This document shows, in pieces, positions 42,162 to 54,700 of a stretch of 64,000 nt of DNA. The translations under genes were made by a program, and so were the position numbers. The DNA comes from Perkinsela sp. CCAP 1560/9 (taxonomy: Eukaryota > Protista > Euglenozoa: Kinetoplastea), in NCBI GenBank assembly GCA_965644495.1, contig CBFFSA010000001.1:620001-684000 (forward strand), given 5' to 3'. Every line of letters starts with the position of its first letter. Within the stretch, counting starts at the first letter, position 1. The notes beneath the pieces are model-generated. The model made no database searches. It was not told the origin of the DNA and worked only from the letters and a program-made list of their open reading frames with translations.

Positions 42162-42769
42162 TTTTAAATGCAAGAGGAATCAGGTGGTGAGGTTTCGACG
42201 ACCTTTCACGACGTTTCACGAGATTTTCTTCAATGTCGTCTTTGCCTCTCTCACCTCAAGGGCCTAGTTGCGTTTCGAATCGGCATTGACTCCTCGGGAC
42301 GCTGTGATTTTTACGTACGGCTTTATAATACAGGGCGCATAGATGCCTTTGTATGTATGAATGTATGTAAAACAGGCGGTTACCCTTGTTCAATGATGTC
42401 GCCTCCCCTGAGAAAGCAGGGAAACTTGGAGGAAAGTGCCTGGTCGCTGAACGGTCGATACTCTGTGGAGTATCGATATGGCATAGGTGCCTTTACATCC
42501 CCATACTCCCCGTCAGGAAGTGCGGTGCCACGCTACTGGAGCAGGTGGTGGGATGGATGTAACGTCTGCAAACCAAGGAAGCGGAATCCTCTGGCATCGA
42601 GAGGTGTCACCTTGCTGCTGCGGTGTATCGAACAGATAGCCTAACACACGTAAGCTCCCATCTAAGGAAGATTTCCGTTTACTGATCGACCCACAACGCA
42701 TTCGGAGGTTTTCCCCCGCAGACAAAGGTGTGGTCAGAAGCGTTCCGCGTATTCGAAGCCGGGGCACCC

Positions 42770-43705
42770 GCACCCTTATCTGTCATAGAAACTCGCACCC
42801 TTATCTGTCATAATGCACCCTTATCTGTCATACTGCACCCTTATCTGTCATAATGCACCCTTATCTGTCATACTGCACCCTTATCTGTCATAATGCACCC
42901 TTATCTGTCATACTGCACCCTTATCTGTCATATAAGCCGCACCCTTATCTGTCATACTGCACCCTTATCTGTCATAATACATTTTTTGTTAATTTTCTGT
43001 GAATGACGGTGGAAGGTAGAGTCAGCACACGCATCGACTCAACTCATCGGTCGCATATCGCATTGTTATATCTCTGTCATTCTTTTTCGCGTCTACAGCT
43101 CCGGTTTTTTCTCTCTTTATGATATCTAGACCTTGTCGTATCTGGGATTTCCGTGGTTTGTCTCGGTGTCGCCCAATACAACTGAGCATCACCTAGGGCT
43201 TCGCAAATTGCTTCCCACGAACTCAGCGTCACACTTTGACGTGACTCATTGGCCCGGCCGGCCCCTCCGTGCGTTCGGCCTCTCATTTCCCCCAAAACAA
43301 CTACCACCTTCCCCCCATTTATCAGGGGTCGCTCGCGCGACCGCAGCTAAATAGGGGGGGAAGGTGGTAGTTGTGGGGTATGGAGGCCTCTCGCAACTCC
43401 GGGGCCTCACCGGGACCACAATTGAGGCTACCTATTTTTTACGTTAACTGTGTAGCAAAATTGTAAATTTTTGGAAGGGGTTGAATTTTTTTTTAGGGGT
43501 TGAAATCATTTTTAGGCCTTGAAATTTTTTTTAAGGGGTCGACTTTTTTTAATCGGTTTATGGCAGATAAGGGTGCGGCTTATATGACAGATAAGGGTGC
43601 GGCTTATATGACAGATAAGGGTGCAGTATGACAGATAAGGGTGCAGTATGACAGATAAGGGTGCATTATGACAGATAAGGGTGCATTTATGACAGATAAG
43701 GGTGC
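42770..43705. mobile_element. Foldback-like element bounded by inverted tandem arrays
   Basis: 10 copies of GCACCCTTATCTGTCATA (42770..42976) and 7 inverted copies (43559..43705) around ~580 bp with no convincing ORF. Confidence 0.75.
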
Positions 43706-43752
43706 GAGTGGGCGGTCGTACGCATCGGTGAAATATTCCGAGCCTTCGGCCC

Positions 43753-45730
43753 CTGGCAAACGCCTTCGGTTCCGTCCCACATGAAATAATTATCACAGTA
43801 CTAAAAAGGGCTCATATCGACCCAGTTATTATCCATTACCTCCGAAAGCTCTATGAGAATGCAGAAATACAGCTCAAGCTGGAATCCGGACTTACAGAAC
43901 CAATCAACGTACATATTGGAGTACTCCAGGGCGACACGCTTTCACCAATTTTATTTAACCTTGTGATGGAAACCATAATACGTTACGTTCGCAAGGCACG
44001 CCCCACTTTCGGGTACCATGACGGCCAGGACTCTCATTTCTGCAAAGCGTTTGCCGACGACGTGACTTTCCTTACGCAAACTCCGACGCAAGCACAAGAA
44101 GTCTCTGAAATCTTCGAAACTGCGCTCTCTTCCCTACTTATGAAGCCTAACACCTCAAAATGTCGCGTCTACTGCTTGGGACAAAGCACACACCGTGGAT
44201 TCACTACGCTCTCTCCTAAGCTTGTCCTTCGTAGCGAGGAGATCCCGCATATAGCTCACAAGGGTACGAAGTTCTTGGGTATGATATTGTCAACCGGAAG
44301 AAGCACACCCCGAGTGGTCTTTGATGAAATGCGGAAAAGGTTACGTACAATGATGACCCGCATCGACCAGAGCAAGCACGCGATACATGCACGTATGTGG
44401 ATGTACGAAAATGCGGTGTTATCCAGAATGCGCTATCTTCTCACTGTACATGACGGGCTTACACTCAATCTCATCAAAAGACTACAGAAAACGTGCAGCC
44501 GCTTCCTGCGAAAATGGGTCAACCTTGCAGCATACGCACACCCCGACCAGCTCTACATCAAAAATGGGGGATGGGGACTAACATCAATGACCCAACTCTG
44601 GCGCGAATGCACCGTCTCCTGTCTTGCGACTCTCCAGTCTTCTTCGGATATAGTCACACAACACGTATTAGAAGGGCGCATGGAATGGGAGAAAACTCTT
44701 GACTCCGCACACCACCACAGACCCGCTATCCTCGCAGCCGACCGACTTCATGACAAACAGAGCACCAGAGCTTGGGTCCGCCGATACACCGAAAACGAGC
44801 TGATAGCTGAGTATCGTCGCCGCGCTCCCGTCGCAGCTAAATGGTTTAGTGAGGAGACAGATGCTGAGTTAGCTGAGGATTTTGCGCGAGCTCTGCACAA
44901 TATACATGGAAAAGAACTCTCTCGGTTTACCTCGATGGTCATGACCAGTTACGCCCCGCCGAGCCTATCTAACTCACGTGCATGGGGGAAGGCTGATGGA
45001 CACGTCATCTGTCCGATCTGTCGTGAAAGGAAGCAAACCTTACGACATGTCCTAACCAGCTGTACAACATCTCTCTTACAAGGCCGTTATACATACCGAC
45101 ACAATATGATTTTGAAGGTCCTACTAGACACGCTTCGAAGTTGTGGTCACATACGAGCAATGTCTTTTGATCTACCTGGCAACCCCTCCGAGGAGCACCC
45201 ACCATCATGGCTAGCAAACTTTAGCACACTACGACCAGATGGGTGGATTCTCCTAGAAGATGGCTCAGAATACATCATTGAACTCACCTCCCCGTGGGAA
45301 GAAAATTTTGATCAAGCCCGCGAACGAAAGCGCGCAAAGTACGAGGAGATTTTGCGCTACCGACAGGCAACAAACGTACGCACGAGCCTCATAACATTTG
45401 AGGTCGGAGCTCGGGGCAAACTTAGCGATAGTACGCTCGATCTTTCCTGGGTATTCCCAAAAGATCATAAACACCACGTTCGCAAAATGCGTGAAAACTT
45501 TGCCCTTACTGCACTTCAGGCTTCATTTAGGCTATATACTATGCGACAGAACCCCACCTGGAACCCACCACAAACAGCTTGAGTAGGAAAATCTCTTTCG
45601 GAACAAGATCCTGATCTTTGCGAGGACTATCCGGAGTGAAAATCTCTAGTGTACAGGGACCTGGTGAGCGGGTCCGTTAGCTCACGGACCGGGCTTGCTT
45701 GGCGCATGGAAAATGAAAATCAAAAAAAAA
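43753..45730 (+). mobile_element. 5'-truncated non-LTR retrotransposon with RT, CCHC knuckle and restriction-like endonuclease (HERO/NeSL-like)
   Basis: Frame opens at LANAFGSVPH (43753), GVLQGDTLSP, FADD, KFLG, CPIC..H..C, QGRYTYRHN, RPD..IELT.PWEE..K..KY; stop 45582; 3' UTR ending in an A-run at ~45730. Confidence 0.92.
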
Positions 45731-45746
45731 TCTTGGGTGTTCCACA

Positions 45747-45960
45747 AAAGTCCTTGACTTGTGCAAAAGTCCTTGACTTGTGCAAGTCCTTGACTTACAA
45801 ACGGAAGCAAAAATCGTGCAATTATTGTACGTGTGCTTCTCTCTAGATACGTGGGAAGCAATTTGCGAAGCCCAACTACCTTGATAACAAATTCTAGTAC
45901 CCATTCGTGGGAAGCAATTTGCGAAGCCCAACTACCTTGATAACAAATTTTAGTACCCAT
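45747..45960. repeat. Short tandem repeats
   Basis: AAGTCCTTGACTT core x3, then a ~57-bp unit CGTGGGAAGCAATTTGCGAAGCCCAACTACC.. x2. Confidence 0.85.
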
Positions 45961-47918
45961 TTTGGCCGCGCGGAGACCCCCGCGTGAGCGGGGGTGCGCG
46001 CGGCCGCGAAACGGCGAGGGCCCGCGTGAGCGGGCCTGAGCCGTACCCCGCGTAGGATTCCCCTGTTTTTTTTTGATATCTTTAAGAACGTTGAGTATGT
46101 TTTCATATCATGTTTACTTGGGTTTTTTCCGCTCATTCTTAAGGTTGGCCTTGTTTTTCCCTCATGTAAACATACGTAAACGAATTTTTACGAATTTCGT
46201 AAAAATCATTGGAATAATAATTAACGGAATATTTCCTTCCCAAAAAAATATTCCGTTAATTATTATTATTGCTAATAAGTACTTTCACGGTAATAACAAT
46301 AATAATAAAAACAAGCAATCCAGACCCAATCCATTCGCGCGTTCCGGACCGGGTCTTTCGACCTCTCCTTTTTCTTTCGACCTCTCCTTTTTTTTTTTGA
46401 ATTATTTGTTCACTGTTGAACTCGTAGTAGTTACGAATACGTCACAAATAATAAGTTTTTTTTAAACGTACCACAATAATATGAAATAGGCCTTCAATAA
46501 ATCCGGATAATATAATGTTGTATAATGTAGAAAGTACAAAGTGAAAGGGGTATACCCTTCCATGCCCCGCAGCCACCAACCCGCTCACACGTCATACATA
46601 CCCGAACACTGGTTCCTGGACAATATCCTGCTCAAATTCACCTCCACTAAAACTTTTTTTTTCCAATAAATAGGGGTGGAGAAGTATAAAACGCGGCATT
46701 GCCTCTATATTTTTACCCAGTAGACGAACCAAGTAGGTCCATTGGGGGGGGTATATGATTTGTAAACAAGCAATCAAATTAGCAATTTCACATGTTGTAG
46801 CCCAAAACTAGTAATTCAACCTGCCTTAAGTTATTTATGATTTTGATAACAATAATAATAAAAAGAAGCAATTCATGCCCAATCCATTCGCGCGTTCCGG
46901 ACCGGGTCTTTCGACCACTCCTCGGCCTGACTTGTGAACCCTTCCCTTGTTATATGGGAGGGCGCAGGCGCGGGCTTGTGCCGACAGCGGCACGGTCGCG
47001 AAACAGGGTGCTGGCCGACGGGGAGGAAGTTTTAGTTCCCGACCCATGTCCTACCTCACTTGGAGTACCTAGCCCGTGAGGGCTAGGCGTGAGCATAGAC
47101 CCTGTCGGCATCGACCAGCATCCAGGCCAGCCATCTATGAGGGCGCAAACGTGGGTCTGTGCTGACTGCCGTCCGGTCAGGAAACTCGTTTACTCCCCCA
47201 AGCAAGAAAACAAGGGAGAAGGCGTTTAACCATCATGCGGGCCTGAAGGCGCATGAGGGTCACGTTTAACTCCGTGAAGATTCTGCTCGTCGCCCCCCCT
47301 TCTGTCAATAACCCGCACGAGGCATGGGCACGTCGCCGAGAACTGTTTTCTCATTTTGCGGAAGACAAGAAAGAAGATTCCGAAGACGAAGAAACTTTTG
47401 AAAACATTCCAGAAGATTTAGACAATCAATTATCTATTGGATTTGACGCTTTCTGCTATTCTTAAGTATTTCTTAATTTGATCCAAAATATGTGATTTAA
47501 TTCCATATCAGCGGGCTACAATTCGTTCTTTCAATACAATCATGTATAAACCCAAGTTATGCATGGTACGCAGTTTGTGCTGACTCTAAGAAGTGTAATT
47601 GAGTCGTTAAGCCTTTATTATTGCTCCATTACAAAGATAGAGAATTGAACTTAATAATACGTCTTGAAGCATAGTTTTATTGTTTTTTCTCCCCCTACAA
47701 AACAAAGCAATGGTAAAACTTCGATCACAAGCGCGATCTCAGTCGTCACAGGATGGATGGTCACTCTCGGAAAGGAATGCTGGACTGCGGTAGACAGAAG
47801 CTACACTAGGTCATTAATAATGATAATGATAACAACAATCTCAAAAAAAATATCAATCTTGAGGATTATCATTATCATTATTAATGACAGGGGGAGTATT
47901 GAGCGGTCTGTTATTATT

Positions 47919-48236
47919 CTAAATTCCATGATGAAGCAATTCCCATATTCCTTGATCTAATGGGCACCTGTTACTCGAGGATAACCAACGATTTATACAA
48001 TGCGCATGGAAAACGTGGTTACATTTTCCCCACGCTGGCACGCAGCGCGAGGTGAAGTCTATATTCGGTTTACAAATTGGACAAAGCTCATAAATCTCAG
48101 TCTTGCATATGCAGCATTCTTCGTATTCATTGCACCATTCCCACAAGGCTACTGGGGAACACCCTAAAAGCTGTACATCTGTGAAGCATAATGAAGTCTG
48201 TACCTTACATGACAGAGCCCCCTCTGCAACGACCAT
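47919..48236 (-). CDS. RBX1: RING-box protein (RBX1/ROC1)
   Basis: VALWEW..CCIC..CPIC..AWGKCNHVFHAHCINRWL..RCPLD. Confidence 0.88.
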   Translation of the reverse strand: MVVAEGALSCKVQTSLCFTDVQLLGCSPVALWEWCNEYEECCICKTEIYELCPICKPNIDFTSRCVPAWGKCNHVFHAHCINRWLSSSNRCPLDQGIWELLHHGI

Positions 48237-49833
48237 GCAAAAAATAAATACGATGTCTTAAAGCAATTCGTAAAATTAAGGAAATGCTGACTTATTACAG
48301 TCTAGATATTGGTTTTCCCCCAGGCCACAGAGGAATTTGTAGCCATAGGAAGGAATTTGTATAATACCCCCCCTATCCTACCGTTGCCCCGGTAGCCCCC
48401 ACCCTATTAGCGTTGCTTTTGAAGAGAATGAATCCTGCGAAGAGGCAATTTTTTTTCATAATTTTAATTGAATTTTTGTGGTATCATATTCATAAATTCA
48501 AATAGGAAATTATCATCCTCGAAACCCAGGCTAAAGTGGACGAGGGAGATACCAGTAGTACATGTGCGGCAGTTTCCCACAGGAAAAACGGCATCTACAC
48601 CTCTGTATGCGCCTGTATGTTCCCATGCCATAAGGGAGATACAGTTTACAAAATCTCACATGTTTTTATATTTCGAATGTCCTCCAAGGGTTACTGCCTT
48701 GACAGAGGATCTGCTGCATTTTGATCTCCAGGTTTGATCTCCAGGTATTTTGATCCACCAGAGATCCAATGAAAAACCATATAGCATCTTCAGATTTCAA
48801 ATTCGTTTAATTATATTACGCGCCTCCAAAGAACTGCTGTATCCGTTGATTACTGAGGTTTTCGCTGGCGAGCAATCCGTTGCAACAACAAACTTTGCGA
48901 CCTCATCCATTCTCTTATCTTCTGTGGGTTTCCTTCGTCTTCCTTGGTGCAGAGTAGGACCGCGCGCTCAAAACGCCACGGGAAGTCCTCTGAAGACTTT
49001 TTACGAATTTTAGCACCGCCGCAGATGAAAGTTACCTTTATAATAGCTCCCCTTTACAATACTCCCCTTTATAATACATGTAGCTCTGTAAGTACATATC
49101 CTCCAATTGAGGTCATATAATTTTTAGAATGTTACCGTTTTCTGCTGTTTCTTATTAGCGGGACATACCACATCCGTGCTCTTGTGCCCCACGTTTCCAC
49201 CTCTTTCGTAACAATACGTCTTGTTTTTGCACTCGGTTTTCTAGCACTTCCCTGCGCTCTATTTTGAAAAATAGAAAAAATGAAAGAAAAATAGCGCGTA
49301 CTGTGAACACCCTTCAATACGGACAGATTTTTGGACTGTCCGTATTAAAGGGGGGAGTGCTAAGGATGAGAAAATGACTCTATTTTTACGAAAAAAACGA
49401 AAACAAAATTGGCACCGCTTCGCGGAGCCTGTTTCTTTTGATGAAATTGTTGAAAGGGGGTGATTTGTAGTGGAGACAAAAATCACATGCACAATAAAAA
49501 GAACTGCAGGATAAAGAAACGTTTCCTTCAGGAAGTGAGAGCGACTTTTGTTTGCGAAAAACTGTGTAGTTCTTCTAGATCTGTTGAATTTCGAAGGAAT
49601 TAGGTCAAAAGCTCACACGGTGTGCTCTGGAGCCTGGGGGGCCAAGAGCTGGACTGTACACCCGCATCAGGTGTTAAAACACGAAAATCAAGTTGTGGGC
49701 AAACATTCCCAACTTTCTTGCTCTTATTCTGCCCGATTTAGCGTTTTGTAGTAAAACAATATTAAGAGTCGTTCCGTTTCTTGTTAAATGTGATAGTTGT
49801 GTGCTTTTTCTGACGCATGCACGATGTTTGATG

Positions 49834-51288
49834 CTACCCTGTAAGCTGGACATTAGATATCACACGTTCAGTGCCGTACGCTGCTAGCAAAGTAAATATG
49901 AGGATGCATCCCACGCTGAGTACTATGCTGGGTACTATAATCGTGTGCTCAGCATTAATTTCCTTCCATTCATGGATATTTAACTCCCCGAATATTTGCT
50001 CGAAAGCAGAGGTAGCCATTCCGAAATCTAGAGCGTCGCTTCGGTGTTCCAAGCGCGGTTTGAACAGCACAGCAGTTGTAATGCAAACAGTGTTTTGGAG
50101 ATCAGTGTATGTGCACAGGAAGCTCGCGGAGGTCATATTACTCGAAGCTGTATAACCCCATATAACTGTCTCAGGTAGGAATGGACACTGTTCAATGAGA
50201 TCTTGCTCATAAGCAAGCTTGCACAGCTCCTTTGGGGAATAGTATACAATCCCTAGTCCCTGAGCATTTTGTCCAATGGCAGAGAAGGCTTCGTGCGTAC
50301 TATATGTTTCTACGGGATGGCGCATCCGGAGGCCGTCAGTAAAAATATGCGACGTGTCGTCAACGAAAAGTCCCCTCACCAGTCGCGATAAGTCTAGAAC
50401 TGAAGAAAACAGCATACCCTCTGCAAATATCGCAGGATGTACAGGAGATATTTCTGTGCCGTCAAAAGCTACATCGCGTACTCTACGTGTAGTGTACGCC
50501 CATTCCTTCGCAAATTCTCCGCTAGGAGCTACAAAAAATGTTTCTTTCATCCCCATAGAATCAAGAACGATGTGCTGTACATAACCTTTTAATCCAGGAT
50601 CAGTTATACCGAAGTTATACGTTTTGGATTTCTCACGAATGAATTGATCCAGGTAGTAGGCTAATAGCGCAGTGTTTATTCTTGCGCGGTGGTACATTCC
50701 TCGATAATCTGGATTCCAGATCTCGTTCTTCAAAGATTTGCTCCACCATGACTTGAATAAATAACTGGTCATAAAGTCGTAAAAATTCACGTGCAATGAT
50801 TCAGACTGATTAGCCTTGCCTATCCATGCTGCTTGATCAAATGACTCATGTTCAATGAATCCCGATGTGTGTTGCATCAGATGTTGAGCGGATATTGCAC
50901 TTAGCTCGTTGCATCTCCGTGGAACGTATTTCGGATCGAGGGATCCAGTTATATTAAGATGTCCTTCAGCATGCAGGCGGCAAGCTACAGTACAAACTAA
51001 TATCTCTGATATAGAATTAACTCGGAGTGCATGATCAATGCTGAGTTCAATGTTTTCATGTTCTGGTATGGATCCAGTTGAGCATGTATATTCCCACACC
51101 GTTCCACCTTTATCTTGGACATGAATCGCTGAAGCAGATAAATCAGTATGTCGTTGGGATAGTCGCTCGAATGTCTTGTAAAAGTGACTATTCGCACTAA
51201 CTGCTTTGATGTCCGAAAGAGCACCGAGAAAATTAAACCAGAAAATTAAGCCCGCTAACTTTCGAAACGTGTACCTATGATCGCACAT
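49834..51288 (-). CDS. Beta-lactamase/serine-hydrolase-fold type I membrane protein, probably inactive
   Basis: Signal peptide; LRVNSISE (SxxK changed to SxxE), LMQHTSG, GMLFSSVLDLSR; C-terminal TM helix. Confidence 0.65.
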   Translation of the reverse strand: MCDHRYTFRKLAGLIFWFNFLGALSDIKAVSANSHFYKTFERLSQRHTDLSASAIHVQDKGGTVWEYTCSTGSIPEHENIELSIDHALRVNSISEILVCTVACRLHAEGHLNITGSLDPKYVPRRCNELSAISAQHLMQHTSGFIEHESFDQAAWIGKANQSESLHVNFYDFMTSYLFKSWWSKSLKNEIWNPDYRGMYHRARINTALLAYYLDQFIREKSKTYNFGITDPGLKGYVQHIVLDSMGMKETFFVAPSGEFAKEWAYTTRRVRDVAFDGTEISPVHPAIFAEGMLFSSVLDLSRLVRGLFVDDTSHIFTDGLRMRHPVETYSTHEAFSAIGQNAQGLGIVYYSPKELCKLAYEQDLIEQCPFLPETVIWGYTASSNMTSASFLCTYTDLQNTVCITTAVLFKPRLEHRSDALDFGMATSAFEQIFGELNIHEWKEINAEHTIIVPSIVLSVGCILIFTLLAAYGTERVISNVQLTG

Positions 51289-51736
51289 TGTAAGAAAATC
51301 GTAGAAAATGTCGTAGAGCCTACTAAAAGAATCGATCAGGGCATGTTGTTATCATGCCATGATAAAATACTATAGCATAATACATGGCATGGACTATACT
51401 ACCCGTACAATGCACAAGCTATCATACTCCAAATCTTTCCACTTACTTTCCTTACTGCCTAATGTTAATTTTTCGAGGGAATAAGAGATATTTTTAATTG
51501 CTTTAGATAGAACTGGAAACTATTTGGGGGCCAAAGTCCACGCAAGCGATTCGCGAACTTTCCGAGGGATTCATCTTTGGAGGTCGGTTCTAAGCTATAG
51601 AATCTAAAGATATAGAATCTAAAGAATCTATAGTATGTCTTTGGAGGGTGGTTCTAAGACCACAATGATAACAAATTATTGGCAATACATTATTCGAAAA
51701 CCCATAGTTCACCATTCGCAACCTGCATTTTTACCA

Positions 51737-54700
51737 CTATAGCCATGGCATCCACCAAAAATACATTTTGGAGAGATTATCAACATTGCATGAACTTCCT
51801 ATCAACTTTTGAACGACCCCTTCAACATTGAGTGAGTGAGTACATGCTTCACCATACAGATCTGGATAGCCCATAAACCTTCTGTCGACACGACGCAACA
51901 TATGACGTGAATCCATTCGATCGTGTGAATGTTTCACTGCTCGAGACCACTCTACAAGAGGGTCGTGTATGAAGGACTCCAGGATGCCCATAAGAGTATC
52001 TCGATTGTCCTGCTGCAACCGCAATGTGAGTTCACATGATCTCCTAAACACGCCCTCGACACCTGTGATTCCCATCGCGTCTACCATATTGGGAGTGAGT
52101 CGAAATCGCACTCTCTCCGGCACCTCCAGCGTCTCACCTTTGTCGAACAGGCATGCAAAGTCAACATGCAAACATTCCCCTGTTACCTGATCAAGCATCA
52201 AATTCTCACCATGTCGGTCGCCCAGTCCCACAATATGACCAACCATCGAAAACGTGGCTGCGCATCGTGTAAACGCAAGTCGAGCAGAGAACCAGTGACC
52301 AGGGTCCAAAAAAGTCAGCATAAACCACTTGTGTAATAAGGGCGGAAAGTTTGGTAGAACGTCCTCCGTGTATAATCGATACACGGAACGGGATGCAGAT
52401 TCCGCTCTATCTTTAAGAGCCTTTAACTGGTTTGTCGAGAGTCCTAACCCCTCTCTTTGATACATGGCATCCGCAGCAGCACGGAGGGTAACAAGCTTAT
52501 TCACCCACTCTATAATACCACAATCGTCGCTCACAGGTAAAACTGCGAACGTACGTACGTGAATTCGTCGGCGACGTAATTGAGCATTCTTTTTTGTCAA
52601 CCTATTTATCATGCTGCTGTACTCCATCATTCTAGAATCTTTTCGGGTTTCATCTCGAGCCTTACATAGAAAATGATATGTATACCCATTGCTCCCCTTC
52701 AAAGCAATTCGCTTCGGCTTTTGTAGAGACATTATTACTTGAATATCTTCGCATATTCCTTGTATCGTCACTTCCTGCGGAAAACATTCTATGCAGGTAA
52801 TGTTTTCTTGTACCTGCTGTTTCCGGTCATATGAAGAATATGAATTTCTAGACGGAGTGCCAAAGTCAGTAATAGTTGTTGGTAATCTTATACTCAACAT
52901 TTCTTGTGTGGGAAGGAGTACCTCAGTTGGGAATTTTACATTGAAGCCTGATATCTTCCGAAGCGGAACCGTCCGCTCAGCGCGACCGGAAATAGGCTGT
53001 GAAGCTATTGATATGAGCCCTCGCACAAGTTCACCCATTTTTCCTATAAGTCCCTTCAAAGCAATACTTTTTCTGGATACTTCATCAAGGACCTCTCGCA
53101 CAACTTTCGCGCGCTTAAGTCCCTCGGAGCCATTGGTAGAGTTCGTGACAAAATAAATATACCACAAGGAGGGTCTCGGATATGCCATCAAGCAATGCAT
53201 TAAAATTTGTTTTATTCGAAGCACAGAGTCCGCATTTCGATGACCAACTCGCGAAACAAGTTGCGAAATGGCAGTCATAAAGACGTAGGGCGGGACGCTG
53301 GCTATGATAGCGTCTACTTCTTTATGTAACACGAGCAAGATTTTCTCAGCTAAGGCAGCGTTCCTCTTTTGGTTCGTTCCAAGGCGGGAAACGTGCATGT
53401 CTAGTAATGACGTCGCATCTAGCCACCTTGACAAAAATTTTGGCAGTGTGCGATACACTGTGGAATGTCCACAGCCGAGAGCCTGACCGTATACAGATAA
53501 AATCCGAGGTAGAAATTTTTCTATGAGGAGAAGATGACTCTTTTCAACTTCCTCTATTGATGCTCCAGAAACACTGTGCTTGGCTTCAAGCTGTGCGCGT
53601 GCATTCGCGTATATATTCTCAAGAAAGTCTCCCAATTCGGCGTATGACTTCTCAGTGGCGCTATGTTCGATCAAGTTGTCGAAAAGAGATTGAATTTCAG
53701 AAGGTGTCTTTTGATTAGTCAAAATGTTCCATTGAAGAGTTTTTAACATCCACTTAGATTTTAATTCAGATGAGACGTTTGGGTCCGGTGAATGCTTCCT
53801 TGTTGTATTTTCTAGGAGGGAAAGGGCTCTCAGCTGCTCACCTTGGTGAAATAGTATTTTGGCGTGCAATAGAGAAAATCGTTCTTTGTTTTTTAGTGAG
53901 GAAAATTCTGCCTGCATTATCGCAGCCAATGCGGATGGGCACATATCGAATTTTCTTAGGACTTGCGAATACTCAGCCCACGTGTCCGCAGCATCCTCGT
54001 ATCGCGCCAACATGTTACATATAGTGCGATGAAGCGAAGACACAACTTCTAGAGAAGGGGGTGTCGGGTCTACGGTGTTTCTCCCAATAGCAAAATAATT
54101 AATCAAAATATCACTTCTTACATCTCTTTTGCCTAAAGAGGCTTCCTTTATTTCGTGAGCAACGAATTCCAAATCACCAAGAGAATGTAACTGTAGAAGT
54201 AGGGGATAGCTTCTTTCATAGGATTCGTTTGATGCAGCAGCTAGGGACGGTATCAGCTCTTTCCGAGTTCTATTAACTTCCGAGTGCACAGAATTTAGAA
54301 AACATTGTTTTTCTTGCGTTTGTTGAGATCGAAGGGAGAGGTGCATGGATGATAAGACTTTCCCTACTCCAATGTCATACGTATGCGCAGAATTATCGAT
54401 GGGAATACACTCCCATTGTGAAAGCCTCCAAGCTCCTTGCACCGAATAATCTTTAATTAAAGTATTGTTTCTTGAATCGTGAGAAGATCGAGAAAATGAT
54501 TCTGCAAGTGATCTCATGATCTGTAATTGGCCCAAGTTCTTCAGACTTTTTAATACTGATAGTTGATATTCGGGGTTAGTAGGATCCTGTTGCAAGCAAA
54601 GTTCGCTATTTCGTAAGGATTCATTCCAAAGACCCTGCGTCTCATTGTCTAAAATGTTATCTTTTTCGTAAATCAACTCCTTCAGTACTGTCACTCCCGA

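Noticed and set aside
42770-42976. CRISPR-like array
   Set aside because: Units are separated by only 2-7 bp with no unique spacers; no cas genes; eukaryotic context
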